This document shows, one piece after another, positions 10,107-20,293 of a DNA stretch of 64,000 bases. The notes under the pieces are model-generated. The model ran no database searches and was not told where the DNA came from. It saw nothing but the letters and a program-made list of their open reading frames with translations. Position 1 is the stretch's first letter, and each line of letters starts with the position of its first letter. The position numbers and the translations under genes are program-made. Source of the DNA: Candidatus Eiseniibacteriota bacterium (GTDB lineage: Bacteria; Eisenbacteria; RBG-16-71-46; CAIMUX01; VGJL01); assembly GCA_963792585.1 (NCBI GenBank), contig CAWBWI010000006.1, positions 448,001-512,000 on the forward strand, written 5' to 3'.

Positions 10107-10991
10107 ATGCTGGAGCGCTATGAGAAGCTGATCCACCAAGGCGAATTGCCGCGGCTGCGGATCGTGCCGATATCGAATGTCCTCTTCCACGAAGAGATCG
10201 AGCCCGCGAGACTGCGGCGCGTCGCCGCCCGGCTCGAAGAGGACGGAGTGCTCCGCCATCCTCCGATCGTGGCCGGCACGCCCCGCGGGCGCAAACTCCT
10301 CCTCGTGGACGGGGCCCATCGAATCTCCGCGCTACGGGAACTGGGATTGAAGTACGCCCTCGTTCAGATCGTCCGTTACGACGATGATCTGATCGAGCTG
10401 CAGCGCTGGCATCATCTCCTGGACATGGAGAATCCGAAGGCCTTCCTCGCGGCCGTGCGCGCGATTCCCGGGGTGGAGCTTTCGTCCCACCACACGCCAC
10501 GCGATGCAGGCCCGATGCACTTGCGCAGGCACCAGTACGCCCAGATCATCCTGCCGGACCGGAGCAGCCTTCTCTTGAATCCGGCAGACGGGCGCGAGCG
10601 CACCGACGCACGCTGGCTCGACGGAGCGGCCGCGGTCCTCCGCCCCCTCTGCCATTTGTACAAGGAACGCGGTTTCCGGGACAGGATCAGCTATGACGAG
10701 TTCGACTGGATCGAAGCCAACTACGAGCGGTTCACCGGGCTGGTCGTCTTCCCACATTTCAGCAAGACCGAGATCGCCCGGGTCGCCCGTTCGAAGGAGA
10801 AGCTCCCGGCCGGCATCACGCGGCACCTGATCCCGAAACGCGCACTGCGTTTCGACCTGCCGCTCTGGATCCTGTCGCGGAAGCTACCGGTTGCGGAGTT
10901 GAATCGGCGTCTCGTCGAGACGATCCTGAGTCGAATCCAGGAGGGGCGCATCCGTTTCTACTCGGAGTCGACCTTCAGTTTCAACGAGTAG
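10107..10991 (+). CDS. ParB/Srx-fold protein, SbnI-like (putative free L-serine kinase)
   Basis: FHEE..P.RL, LRHPPIV, LVDGAHR, VQ...W.H, LPAGITRH motifs recalled from the SbnI family; no ParB HTH. Confidence 0.65.
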   Translation: MLERYEKLIHQGELPRLRIVPISNVLFHEEIEPARLRRVAARLEEDGVLRHPPIVAGTPRGRKLLLVDGAHRISALRELGLKYALVQIVRYDDDLIELQRWHHLLDMENPKAFLAAVRAIPGVELSSHHTPRDAGPMHLRRHQYAQIILPDRSSLLLNPADGRERTDARWLDGAAAVLRPLCHLYKERGFRDRISYDEFDWIEANYERFTGLVVFPHFSKTEIARVARSKEKLPAGITRHLIPKRALRFDLPLWILSRKLPVAELNRRLVETILSRIQEGRIRFYSESTFSFNE

Positions 10992-11054
10992 GACTCGGAT
11001 CTCGGGCGCCGACGCGCACGGCCCGGCCCCTCGCATCCCGAGCGCCGCCGCCGC

Positions 11055-11783
11055 TCAGCGGAGGAGCGACGGATCGATCGCCTCCCCCGGCTCCGTCGAA
11101 TAGACCTGAGACAGACGCCCTCCTTCGGTCTTTCGCGCGAAGATGAAGAGCATCCTCCCTCTTGATGGAAGGGGGACGTGGAACAGCCCATCGAATCGAG
11201 CGGGATCCTGTAGGATCGATGGAATCGGATTTCCTCCGGCCCTCCGCGCGTACTCCCAGAACTCGGCGTACTTCCAATCCAGCCCGGAATCCGATTGCGT
11301 CGTCATCGCGGAGGCGCGAAGCACCGTCTCGGCAGGACCATAGAGAATGTAGACCCGCCCCGCGTCGCTCTTCCATCCCTCGCCGTGGTCGCGCAGGTTC
11401 GCATTCGCGTATCGGAAACGCTGGACCAGTTCGTCACGAAACTCGTTCTCCGGAGTCTCGGGGGTCGGATCGCGGGCGAGAAAGAAGCGGCTCAGAAAAG
11501 CACGCACATCGTCCTTCGATTCGAGGGCTTCGAGTTCCACGCGCTCTTCGGGGGTTGAAACGTACGCGATCAGGTCGAGCGTCGATTGCCTGGGCGACTT
11601 CCGCTCGGCCGCGCGATCGCCCCGCAGCTGGCTGTGCAGGTAGAGCAGCCCGCCGAGGGCCATGATTCCCCCGACCGTCCACGGGACCCATCCAGGGGTG
11701 CCATCGCCACCGCCGTCCGCCTTGCCGGGTCGGGGAATCGACAGGAAGCTCAGGGTGATGAGCATCACAATCGCGCGCCGCAT
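11055..11783 (-). CDS. GWxTD domain-containing protein
   Basis: RDPTPETPENEF...RFRYAN...GWKSDAGRVYILYGP; signal peptide plus TM. Confidence 0.85.
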   Translation of the reverse strand: MRRAIVMLITLSFLSIPRPGKADGGGDGTPGWVPWTVGGIMALGGLLYLHSQLRGDRAAERKSPRQSTLDLIAYVSTPEERVELEALESKDDVRAFLSRFFLARDPTPETPENEFRDELVQRFRYANANLRDHGEGWKSDAGRVYILYGPAETVLRASAMTTQSDSGLDWKYAEFWEYARRAGGNPIPSILQDPARFDGLFHVPLPSRGRMLFIFARKTEGGRLSQVYSTEPGEAIDPSLLR

Positions 11784-11983
11784 GAGAACCTCCTCATGGC
11801 TCGGTCGCGGGAACAGTACGAGCGCGTCCGGGTCGCGTCAACGGCGCCCGCAAGTCATCTTGTCGATTTCGCAGTCGCCGACACACAGGGGCGACCCGAA
11901 CACGCCGCCCGGACGCTCTTTCTCCGACCCACCGCCATCGCGCAACTGGCGCGTTCGCGACTGCGTCGCTAGACTTCCCGGAG

Positions 11984-12658
11984 ATGAACGAGACGAAGTC
12001 CGCCGCCGCCTTCTTCGATGTCGATCGGACACTGCTCCCGGGGACCTCGACCGAGATGCTGCTCGTGCGGAGCATGTTGCGGCGCCGGCTCCCCGGTCGA
12101 TTCCGGTTGGTTCCGTATCTGATCGAAGCGCTCCGTCTCTTGCCGAAGGGACCCACGCTGATGCGCAAGGCGAACAAGGGTTTCCTCGCGGGCGCCGCTC
12201 CGGAGGAGGTGCGCGCATGGGGAGAGACGCTCTTCATCGATGCGGTCGAGCCGCGGCTCGCGGACGACCCGGGGCGCGGGTGGGTCGAGCGGGAGCGCGG
12301 CCTCGGGCGCGCGATCGTCCTCTTGAGCGGGATGCCGGAGCTCCTGCTCGCGCCCTTCGTCAGATTCTTCGACGCCGATCTCGGCGCCGGCACGCCGCTT
12401 CAGGTGGATGCGGACGGACGCCTGACCGGGGCACACATGGGCCTCCATCCATATGGCGCGGCGAAACTCACGATCGCCCGTGCGCTGTGCGAGAAGCACG
12501 GATGGGAAGCGCGCGCATGTTCCGCCTACGGCGACCACGAAAGCGACGCCGCGATTCTCGACTGGGTCGGAGAGCCGTTCGCGGTCGATCCCGATGACGG
12601 CCTCCGAAGGATTGCGCGGGCCCGCGGCTGGACGATCCTCGACCGGAACGAGCGTTGA
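11984..12658 (+). CDS. HAD-IB family hydrolase (SerB-like)
   Basis: FFDVDRTL motif I, LLSG motif II, K, AYGDHESD motif IV. Confidence 0.85.
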   Translation: MNETKSAAAFFDVDRTLLPGTSTEMLLVRSMLRRRLPGRFRLVPYLIEALRLLPKGPTLMRKANKGFLAGAAPEEVRAWGETLFIDAVEPRLADDPGRGWVERERGLGRAIVLLSGMPELLLAPFVRFFDADLGAGTPLQVDADGRLTGAHMGLHPYGAAKLTIARALCEKHGWEARACSAYGDHESDAAILDWVGEPFAVDPDDGLRRIARARGWTILDRNER

Positions 12659-12738
12659 GCGGACTGAGCACCAACGATCCCTCGCAAGAACGAGCATTGA
12701 GCAACCCGCCAACGGACGATTCCCCACCGGAGGGAGCA

Positions 12739-12768
12739 TTGACGGCCGCGCGACCGACGCCGTATTCT
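12739..12768 (+). promoter_or_regulatory. Sigma-70-like promoter of the thi operon
   Basis: TTGACG-N18-TATTCT ending 9 nt before the TPP riboswitch. Confidence 0.55.
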
Positions 12769-12777
12769 CCCGCTGTT

Positions 12778-12859
12778 GGTCGTTGGGGGTGTCCCGAGGG
12801 GGGACTGAGAAGAAACCCCGAGTACCTGATCTGGGTGATGCCAGCGTAGGGAAACGACC
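12778..12859 (+). ncRNA. TPP riboswitch
   Basis: GGGGTG...CTGAGA...ACCC...ACCTGATCTGGGTGATGCCAGCGTAGGGAA consensus; P1 GGTCGTT/AACGACC; directly upstream of thiO. Confidence 0.95.
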
Positions 12860-12924
12860 CCTCCGCACGAGCCTACAGGCCCCCCCCTCCTCGGAGATCC
12901 GCGACCTTCCATGAAAGGAGCGAG

Positions 12925-13986
12925 ATGAGCGCTGCGGGACGCTCCACGCCCGATGTCATCGTCATCGGGGGAGGGATCGCCGGATTGGCATGCGCGCACG
13001 CCCTCGCGGGCGAGGGTCGCGCGGTCACGATTTTCGAGATGGCGCCGGGCCACGGCGCCTCCTGGGCGGCCGCGGGGATGCTCTCGCCGTGGGCCGAATC
13101 GCCGCACGGAATCGAGACCTGCGATCTCCGCGAGCGAGCCCTCGCCTCCTATCCGGAGTGGACTGCCGCACTGACGGACGAGACGGGGCTGACGATCGAT
13201 GTCGTGCGCTGCGGAAGCATCGTCGTGACCGAGATCGAGGACGAGGCGTCCGCCCCAGCCCGACTGAGCGCGATCGCCTCGCGCGCGCCGGGCTTCCGAG
13301 AGCTCTCGCCCGAACAGGCGCGATCCGAAGCGCCCCTTCTGGGGCCGGGAACCCTCGACGCGGTTCTGCTGCCAGAGGAAAGCTATGCCGACCCACCGAC
13401 GGTCGTGCGCGCCCTTCAGGAAGCGTGTCGCCGTAGGGGCGTGGTCACACGCGAGGAACCGGTCCACCGCTTGCGGATCGAGCAGGGACGCGCGATCGGC
13501 GTATCCACTCCGACCGGAGAGCTTCACGCGGGAGGAATCCTCGACGCCGCCGGCGCGTGGGCGGGCGCGTTCCTTGGCGATTCCGACATGCGACCGATCC
13601 GCGGCCAGCTCGTTTCCCTCCGACCGGCCGGAACCCACGCCCTGCGACCGAATCGGATCGTCCAGTCGACACGCGGTTACATCGTCCCCCGACGGGACGG
13701 CTCCGTGGTGATCGGCGGAACGAGCGAGGAGGTGGGTTTCGAAGGAGGAGTGACCACGGAGGGGATCCACAAAATCCTCACCTGGGCGATGCGCACGGCG
13801 CCGTCATTGGGATCCTGGCGTATCAGCGATACCTGGTCCGGCTTTCGTCCCTTCCGGCAGAAAGGGCTGTTCGTCGGGCCGGACGAGGGCGTCCCAGGTC
13901 TCTACCATGCGACCGGGCAGCACCGCCACGGCATCCTGCTCGCGCCGTATGTCGCCGGGAGGATCCGGGAGGCGATGGCGCGATGA
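12925..13986 (+). CDS. thiO: Glycine oxidase
   Basis: GGGIAG FAD motif, ASWAAAGML, PIRGQ, YIVPR, RHGILLAP; thi operon context. Confidence 0.9.
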   Translation: MSAAGRSTPDVIVIGGGIAGLACAHALAGEGRAVTIFEMAPGHGASWAAAGMLSPWAESPHGIETCDLRERALASYPEWTAALTDETGLTIDVVRCGSIVVTEIEDEASAPARLSAIASRAPGFRELSPEQARSEAPLLGPGTLDAVLLPEESYADPPTVVRALQEACRRRGVVTREEPVHRLRIEQGRAIGVSTPTGELHAGGILDAAGAWAGAFLGDSDMRPIRGQLVSLRPAGTHALRPNRIVQSTRGYIVPRRDGSVVIGGTSEEVGFEGGVTTEGIHKILTWAMRTAPSLGSWRISDTWSGFRPFRQKGLFVGPDEGVPGLYHATGQHRHGILLAPYVAGRIREAMAR

Positions 13987-14189
13987 GAATCTTCGTCAAC
14001 GGCAAGGAACGAGAGGTCGCCACAGAGACGACGATCGATCTGTTCCTCCGGGAGATCGGAATCCCGCCCCAGAGGACGGGCACGGCGGTCGCCCGCAACG
14101 ATGAAGTCGTCCCCAGGAATCGATGGTCCGAGACCCTGCTCGCCGACGGCGACAGGATCGAGATCATCACGGCCGTACAAGGAGGCTAA
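13983..14189 (+). CDS. thiS: Sulfur carrier protein ThiS
   Basis: MRIFVNG...AVARNDEVVPR..W....L..GDRIEIITAVQGG with C-terminal GG; ATGA overlap with thiO. Confidence 0.95.
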   Translation: MRIFVNGKEREVATETTIDLFLREIGIPPQRTGTAVARNDEVVPRNRWSETLLADGDRIEIITAVQGG

Positions 14190-14192
14190 GAG

Positions 14193-15011
14193 ATGAGCAC
14201 GACGACACCCAGCGCCGGGAACTCCCGACTCGCACCCCTTCGATTCGGCGGGCGTGAGTTCCAGAGCCGCCTTCTCGTCGGCACCGGGAAGTTCAAGGAC
14301 TTCGAGACGATGAAGCGCGCCCACGACGCGTCCGGAGCCGAGATCGTGACCGTGGCGATCCGGCGCGTGAACCTCGACGATCGCGGCAGCGGCAAGTGTC
14401 TGCTCGACCACATCGACACGAAGCGATACGCGCTGCTGCCGAATACGGCCGGTTGCTACACGGTCAAGGACGCCATCCTAACCTCACAGCTTGCGCGCGA
14501 GGCGCTCGGCACCGATCTGATCAAGCTCGAGGTGATCGGCGATGAGCGGACCCTCTTCCCCGACAACGAGGGGCTCCTCGAGGCGGCGAAGATCCTCGTC
14601 AAGGAAGGGTTCACGGTTCTCCCCTACACGATCGACGACCCGATCATCTGCAGGAAGCTCGAGGAGATCGGGTGCGCCGCGGTGATGCCGCTCGCCGCCC
14701 CGATCGGCTCCGGATTGGGTATCTGCAACCCGACGAACATCCGGATCATCCTGGAGACCGTGAAGGTCCCGGTCCTTGTCGACGCCGGCGTGGGGACCGC
14801 TTCCGACGTGACGATCGCAATGGAGCTGGGCTGCGATGCGGTGTTGCTCAACACGGCGATCGCCGGAGCGGACGACCCCGTCAAGATGGCGCGGGCAATG
14901 CGCCTCGGCGTGGAAGCGGGGCGGCTCGCCTACGAGGCGGGACGGATCCCGCGGAAGCTGTATGCGAGCGCGTCGAGCACGATCGACGGCGTCGTGCGGA
15001 CCGGAGCTTAG
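14193..15011 (+). CDS. thiG: Thiazole synthase
   Basis: [47 protein letters not shown]. Confidence 0.97.
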   Translation: MSTTTPSAGNSRLAPLRFGGREFQSRLLVGTGKFKDFETMKRAHDASGAEIVTVAIRRVNLDDRGSGKCLLDHIDTKRYALLPNTAGCYTVKDAILTSQLAREALGTDLIKLEVIGDERTLFPDNEGLLEAAKILVKEGFTVLPYTIDDPIICRKLEEIGCAAVMPLAAPIGSGLGICNPTNIRIILETVKVPVLVDAGVGTASDVTIAMELGCDAVLLNTAIAGADDPVKMARAMRLGVEAGRLAYEAGRIPRKLYASASSTIDGVVRTGA

Positions 15012-15012
15012 G

Positions 15013-15648
15013 ATGGAAGTTCCCCGCTTCCTGCTCGTCTCCGATCGACGGCGGATGGGGACTGATCCGATCGCATCGGTTCTCGGCCTGGCGCGGGCCG
15101 GCGTGCCGGCATTCCAGTGGCGCGAGAAGGATCTGCCCGCCGCCTCGAGTTACGACTGGCTCTGCCGGCTCGCCGTGCTGCTCCACGCGGCCGGTGCCTT
15201 CGCGACGCGCATCGTCGTCAACGATCGGATCGACATCGCAGCCTCCCTGCGACTCGGAGTCCACCTTCCCGAGGAGGGACTGCCCACGCGCGTGGCCCGA
15301 TCGATCCTGGGCGCGGATGCGTTGATCGGCCGTTCCACGCATTCCGTCGACGCCGCGGTGCGCGCGCAGGAAGATGGCGCCGATTACATCACCTTCGGTC
15401 CCGTGTTCGAGACTCCGTCGAAGGCAGCGTTCGGACCGCCCCAGGGCCTCGAGCTGCTCCAGGGAGTCGCGAACACCGTGCGCGGGCTGCCGGTATTGGC
15501 GATCGGCGGGATCACGCCGGACCGCGTCGGTCCTTGCATCGCGGCAGGCGCCCACGGGGTCGCCGTGATCGGCGCCATCTGGGATGCGCCGGACCCGGTC
15601 GCCGCCTGGCGCGGCATCGAGCGTGCGCTTGGAGCGGGAGCATCGTAG
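15013..15648 (+). CDS. thiE: Thiamine phosphate synthase / TenI family protein
   Basis: QWREKDL, VNDRID, GVHL, GRSTH, DYITFGPVFETPSK, AIGGI; TenI cannot be excluded. Confidence 0.8.
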   Translation: MEVPRFLLVSDRRRMGTDPIASVLGLARAGVPAFQWREKDLPAASSYDWLCRLAVLLHAAGAFATRIVVNDRIDIAASLRLGVHLPEEGLPTRVARSILGADALIGRSTHSVDAAVRAQEDGADYITFGPVFETPSKAAFGPPQGLELLQGVANTVRGLPVLAIGGITPDRVGPCIAAGAHGVAVIGAIWDAPDPVAAWRGIERALGAGAS

Positions 15649-15685
15649 CCTCGATCCACGCCGGACCCGCGCCTGGGGAGACCGC

Positions 15686-16207
15686 ATGCCAGACCCGATC
15701 CGGACAGAGCGCCTCGTCCTGGTGCCGGCATCGATCGAACTCGCCGAGAGCGAGATCGAGGACCGCGCCCAATTCGCACACCTTCTCGACGCGGAAATCC
15801 CCGAGGGGTGGCCTCCCGAGATCCTGGCCGACGCCCTTCCCTTCTTCCGAGATCTTCTGCGTGAAGATCCGGGTCGGACAGGCTGGCTGGGTTGGTATGC
15901 CCTGCTCACGACCGAGCGCGGTCGCGTCCTCGTGGGGAGCGCCGGTTTCAGGGGTCCGCCGGATGGGCGCGGACGGGTGGAAACCGGCTATTCAATGGTC
16001 CCTGAATACCAAGGACGCGGTCTTGCGACCGAGATGGTGATCGCCCTGTGCGAATGGGCGTTTGGTCAGCCCGGCGTCTCGGGAATCGAGGCGGAGACGG
16101 TGTGGTCGAACCGCGCATCGATGCGGGCACTCGAGAAGGCGGGGTTCACGCGGATCGACGCAACTCCGGGGAAGCCCGAGGATGCCGTGCACTTCCTGAG
16201 GACTTGA
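15686..16207 (+). CDS. RimJ/RimL-type GNAT acetyltransferase
   Basis: IRTERLVL, VETGY...YQGRGLATE, NRASMRALEKAGF; GGAG SD before ATG 15686. Confidence 0.85.
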   Translation: MPDPIRTERLVLVPASIELAESEIEDRAQFAHLLDAEIPEGWPPEILADALPFFRDLLREDPGRTGWLGWYALLTTERGRVLVGSAGFRGPPDGRGRVETGYSMVPEYQGRGLATEMVIALCEWAFGQPGVSGIEAETVWSNRASMRALEKAGFTRIDATPGKPEDAVHFLRT

Positions 16208-16445
16208 AGGCGAGTGGTCAGACGGCGACTGCCCGCCCGACCGTCTTGGGAGAAGCGCCCTGCCCGGCATCCATTGCCGATCGGATTTTCGGGAATCACC
16301 GGAACCGCCAAGGGTAGGAACGCGAGGGCGCCGCGGACGCACGTCTCGCCGGCGGGAACGCCCGCCGGGGATCGGATGGGCCGCGTCGCAGAACCCGGAC
16401 GCGCGCCCGGCGATCGCACAGACCTGGCGGGATCCGGCCTGGACA

Positions 16446-16474
16446 TTGACCAGCGACCGTTTCCTGCCTAGCCT
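16446..16474 (+). promoter_or_regulatory. Sigma-70-like promoter
   Basis: TTGACC-N17-TAGCCT followed by AAAGGAGA SD and ATG 16498. Confidence 0.4.
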
Positions 16475-16497
16475 CGGCATCGCGAAAGGAGAACACC

Positions 16498-18042
16498 ATG
16501 GCCGCCTCATGCCGGTTCCGGATCTTCGCCTTCTGCCTCGCGGTCACCCTCGGATTCATCCCCGGCTGCGGGGATGACGAAACACCACCCTGCCCTCCGG
16601 TCAATGTGGGCAGGATTCACGGCATGCTCCAAGCCGCGGGGCAGCCGATCCACGCACACGTGACGGCCTATGCGGTTCCCGAGGATTCCCATCCCGGTGA
16701 TGCCGCCTATGTTCAAACGCTGAGCGATTCGAGCGGGGCCTATTCAATGGAGGTTCCCAGCGGTCGGTATCTGCTGCTGATGGACGCGAGCATCTGCTAC
16801 CAGTTCTACGCACATGGTCGCCTCGTGTCCCCGAGCGAGGCCGAGACGCTCGTGGTCGGGCGCGGCGAGTCGATCGCAGCGGACGTCACGCTCGGCGCCG
16901 CCCGGCTCGAAGTCACCACCCCCGCGGAACTCGAGGGGTACCGGTGCACGGCGAGGCTCGTGGCGTCAACCCCTGAGCAATGCCGATCGACGTCCGGGAA
17001 TGCGCGGATCACGGACGGACACGCGACCATCACCTTTCCGCGAGTGATCCCGGGAACCTACCGGATGAGCTTCATCGTCGCCAGCGTCGGCGAGATCTGG
17101 TTGCCCGGGACCATGGACATCACCGAAGCGGACTCGATCGTTGTCCCCATGGGCGTCGAAGCGCAGTACCAGGCAACCTTGCCCCAGCCCGCGACGCTGC
17201 GCGGGACCGTGACGGGAAGCTGGCAGGAACTGGGTCAATACCCACCCCGACTGACTCTGACGGATCTCACGGGACGCGACCAGCTCGCATCGACACAAAC
17301 GAACTCCGTGGATGGATCCTACGAGATGCCGGTCTATGGGAGCGGGCAGGCGCTCCTGCAGATCGCGATCGGCTCGGTCCGGCGCTGGCATGGTGGAACC
17401 ACGTTCGACGAAGCGACCCCAATCGATCTCGAATCGGGGCGGACGGTCGAGTTGAATCTCCGAGAATCCGGCGTCGCCGGATGGCTGAATCGCGAGGGGC
17501 TCCCGTCCGGCGTCACCCTGTTGCTCGTGGACGACGATGGCGCCATGCGCGGGACTGGCTCTGCGGACGGGCCACGCGGATTCTTCCGGATATCGAACCT
17601 CGTGCCCGGAACGTACTACCTGCATATTCCGGCCGGGCCGACATGGATCGAGCAGTATTACGACAAAACGAATTCGCTCGCCCTCGCCACGCCTATCCAG
17701 ATCACAGAAGATGGGGAGGTCGTCTGGTTGAATCTCGATCTAGAGAACGGGGGTTCGATCGAGGGACGCTTGATGCGCGACGATGGCGCACCCGCCTACG
17801 GCGTGCCGATCGATCTCGTGGGCCCGAGCGGAACGCAACCGTTCCGTCGTGGACAATCGAACGGTCAGGAGGGTGGATTCACGTTTTCCGCATTACCGGA
17901 CGGCGATTATCGCATCGTCGCGCACCCAAATGAGATCGACATGCCGGTCTGGTATCCCGGCGTCACGGACACGGCACAGGCCGTCGTGATCTCGATTCGC
18001 GACCATGCGGAGGTGACAGGGATCTTCTTCGATCTCCCGTAG
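16498..18042 (+). CDS. Lipoprotein with repeated carboxypeptidase-regulatory/CnaB-like beta-sandwich domains
   Basis: Lipobox-like IPG|C; recurring 'G.Y...PG.Y' and 'W(Y)PG...A..I' units. Confidence 0.7.
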   Translation: MAASCRFRIFAFCLAVTLGFIPGCGDDETPPCPPVNVGRIHGMLQAAGQPIHAHVTAYAVPEDSHPGDAAYVQTLSDSSGAYSMEVPSGRYLLLMDASICYQFYAHGRLVSPSEAETLVVGRGESIAADVTLGAARLEVTTPAELEGYRCTARLVASTPEQCRSTSGNARITDGHATITFPRVIPGTYRMSFIVASVGEIWLPGTMDITEADSIVVPMGVEAQYQATLPQPATLRGTVTGSWQELGQYPPRLTLTDLTGRDQLASTQTNSVDGSYEMPVYGSGQALLQIAIGSVRRWHGGTTFDEATPIDLESGRTVELNLRESGVAGWLNREGLPSGVTLLLVDDDGAMRGTGSADGPRGFFRISNLVPGTYYLHIPAGPTWIEQYYDKTNSLALATPIQITEDGEVVWLNLDLENGGSIEGRLMRDDGAPAYGVPIDLVGPSGTQPFRRGQSNGQEGGFTFSALPDGDYRIVAHPNEIDMPVWYPGVTDTAQAVVISIRDHAEVTGIFFDLP

Positions 18043-18120
18043 CCCTACGCAGAGAGGTTCAGACGGTTGTCCTTCGCGTGGCGCTGGATCTCGGGACGAT
18101 CCCGCGCCGCGCGCCCGCGA

Positions 18121-18192
18121 CTCTGCGCGTCGCTCTACCCGCACTCCTGCACGTCGCTGCATCCGCACCCCTGCGCGTCCCCGCGCCGTCAC
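18121..18192. repeat. Three degenerate 24-bp tandem repeats, intergenic
   Basis: ctctgcgcgtcgctctacccgcac / tcctgcacgtcgctgcatccgcac / ccctgcgcgtccccgcgccgtcac. Confidence 0.6.
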
Positions 18193-18318
18193 GTCTCCGC
18201 CGGCTCTGTGTTTCCATGTGTCTCCGCGCCCCAGGGCACCGCCCTGCCAATCCTTGCCGGAATCTGTGATGTCCGAAAATGGCGAGCCTCCCCCCGGCGC
18301 CCCTGTTATACCTATGTC

Positions 18319-19809
18319 ATGGAACTGGATCGCCAGCGCTGCTATCGGGCCGTCCTGAGCCGGGACGCCCGCTTCGACGGGCGGTTCTTCACGGCCGTCA
18401 CGACGACCGGAATCTACTGTCGGCCCGTCTGCCCCGCCCGTCCGCCTAAGCTCGAGAACGTCCGCTTCTATGCTTGCGCAGCGGCCGCGCAGGAGGCCGG
18501 TTTTCGGCCTTGCATGCGCTGCCGCCCCGAGACGTCCCCCGGCACGCCTGCTTGGCTCGGGACTTCGGCAACCGTCTCCCGCGCGCTCCGCCTGATCGCT
18601 TCCGGCGCCCTCGACACGGGGGACGTCGATGAACTCGCGGCGCGGCTCGGCGTCGGCTCGAGACACCTCCGCCGCCTGTTCGACGAGCACCTGGGCGCCA
18701 CGCCGGTCGCCATTGCGCAGACGCGGAGGACACATTTTGCTTCCCGTCTGATCGAGGAAACGGACCTCCCGATGACGGAAATCGCACTCGCTTCCGGCTT
18801 TTCTAGCCTGCGGAGATTCAACGCGAGCATTCGCGCCACTTTTGCGCGCACGCCGAGCGAGATCCGTGCCCATCGCCGCGCTCCGGCCTCGCGCGTGGAA
18901 GGCTGCCTGACGCTCAGACTTCCGTACCGTCCGCCCTATGACTGGACGGCGATGATCGAGTTCCTTCGCGCCCGCGCGATTCCGGGCGTGGAGGAGGTCG
19001 ACGCGGAGACCTACCGTCGCTCGATCTCGATCGGCCGCTCGACGAATGTGATCGAGGTGCGCCGATCCACCGAGAAGTCGCAGCTCATTCTTCGCCTCCT
19101 CCAGTCCGATGCGCAGCACTTGACCCGGATCGTAGATGGCGTACGCAAGATCTTCGATCTCGGCGCCGATCCGTTCGCGATCGCCGCGCACCTTCGGCAC
19201 GATCCGCGCCTTCGCGACTCCGTGCGCGCCCACCCCGGCCTCCGCGTTCCCGGGGCGTGGGATCCCTTCGAGTTGGCCGTCAGGGCCGTCCTCGGCCAGC
19301 AAGTCACGGTGAAGGGGGCGCGAACCCTCGCGTCCCGGCTCGTGGAGCGATTCGGCCGGGCGCTGCCGGCCCCACCCTCGCCGAGGATCACGCACCTCTT
19401 CCCCACCCCAGCCGACCTCGCGGACGCGCCGATCGAGAGGATCGGGATTCCGGCAGCCCGCGCGGAGGCGATCCGCGGGCTCGCCCGGGCCGTGCGCGCG
19501 GGACGCGTCACGCTGGATGCCGGAGGCGATGGCTCGGGAGCTCTCGAGAATCTGACCGGCCTACCGGGGATCGGCGCATGGACCGCGGCGTACGTCGCGA
19601 TGCGCGCGATGGGCGAACCGGACATTTTCCCGTCGGGCGATATCGTGCTGCGTCGGACACTTTCCGACGATTCGCGCCCGCTTTCCCCCCTCGAAACAGA
19701 GACGATCGCGGAGGCGTGGAGCCCCTGGCGGTCATATGCGGTTCTACATATTTGGATGCAGGCCGCGCCACGAAAGGAGAAGCATGCAGCTCCCCGTCGC
19801 CGAGCTTGA
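18319..19809 (+). CDS. alkA: Ada-Zn/AraC + AlkA fusion (DNA-3-methyladenine glycosylase II)
   Basis: RDARFDG, TTGIYCRPVC, GFRPCMRCRP, AraC HTH, RAVLGQQ, LPGIGAWTA HhH, PWRSYA. Confidence 0.95.
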   Translation: MELDRQRCYRAVLSRDARFDGRFFTAVTTTGIYCRPVCPARPPKLENVRFYACAAAAQEAGFRPCMRCRPETSPGTPAWLGTSATVSRALRLIASGALDTGDVDELAARLGVGSRHLRRLFDEHLGATPVAIAQTRRTHFASRLIEETDLPMTEIALASGFSSLRRFNASIRATFARTPSEIRAHRRAPASRVEGCLTLRLPYRPPYDWTAMIEFLRARAIPGVEEVDAETYRRSISIGRSTNVIEVRRSTEKSQLILRLLQSDAQHLTRIVDGVRKIFDLGADPFAIAAHLRHDPRLRDSVRAHPGLRVPGAWDPFELAVRAVLGQQVTVKGARTLASRLVERFGRALPAPPSPRITHLFPTPADLADAPIERIGIPAARAEAIRGLARAVRAGRVTLDAGGDGSGALENLTGLPGIGAWTAAYVAMRAMGEPDIFPSGDIVLRRTLSDDSRPLSPLETETIAEAWSPWRSYAVLHIWMQAAPRKEKHAAPRRRA

Positions 19810-20293
19810 GACCCCCATCGGCACCCTCACGACCGTCGCGGGACCGGAGGGACTGTGCGCCGTCACATTCGAGGGACAGGCCGCCGAGATCGAGCGCTGG
19901 CTGGAGCGCCGTTTTGGCCAGGTCGAGCTAAAGCCCGTCGCCTCGCTACCCAAGATCACGGCCCCGCTAAGAGCGTACTTCGCGGGAGATCTTGGAGCCC
20001 TCGATCGGATCGCCGTCGACATGGGCGGAACCGTGTTCCAGAAGCAGGTCTGGGCGCGCCTGCGGAAGGTCCGCGTGGGGACCACCGTCGCCTACGGCGA
20101 GCTCGCCCGCGCGATCGGGCGCCCCGCTGCAACCCGCGCGGTCGCCGCAGCGAACGCACACAATCCGGTCCCGATCGTCGTCCCCTGCCATCGCGTGATC
20201 GCTGCGGACGGCTCCCTCTGGGGATACGGCGGCGGGCTCGAGCGCAAGCGGTGGCTGCTCCGTCACGAAGGCGCCTTGGGCGACTTGCTCTGA
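19784..20293 (+). CDS. ogt: Methylated-DNA-protein-cysteine methyltransferase
   Basis: GTVFQKQVW, YGELA, RAVA, VPCHRV active site; AAGGAG SD. Confidence 0.95.
   Translation: MQLPVAELETPIGTLTTVAGPEGLCAVTFEGQAAEIERWLERRFGQVELKPVASLPKITAPLRAYFAGDLGALDRIAVDMGGTVFQKQVWARLRKVRVGTTVAYGELARAIGRPAATRAVAAANAHNPVPIVVPCHRVIAADGSLWGYGGGLERKRWLLRHEGALGDLL

Noticed and set aside
10107..10991. Plasmid or chromosome partition ParB
   Set aside because: No HTH, no parA neighbour; motifs fit SbnI-like kinases better
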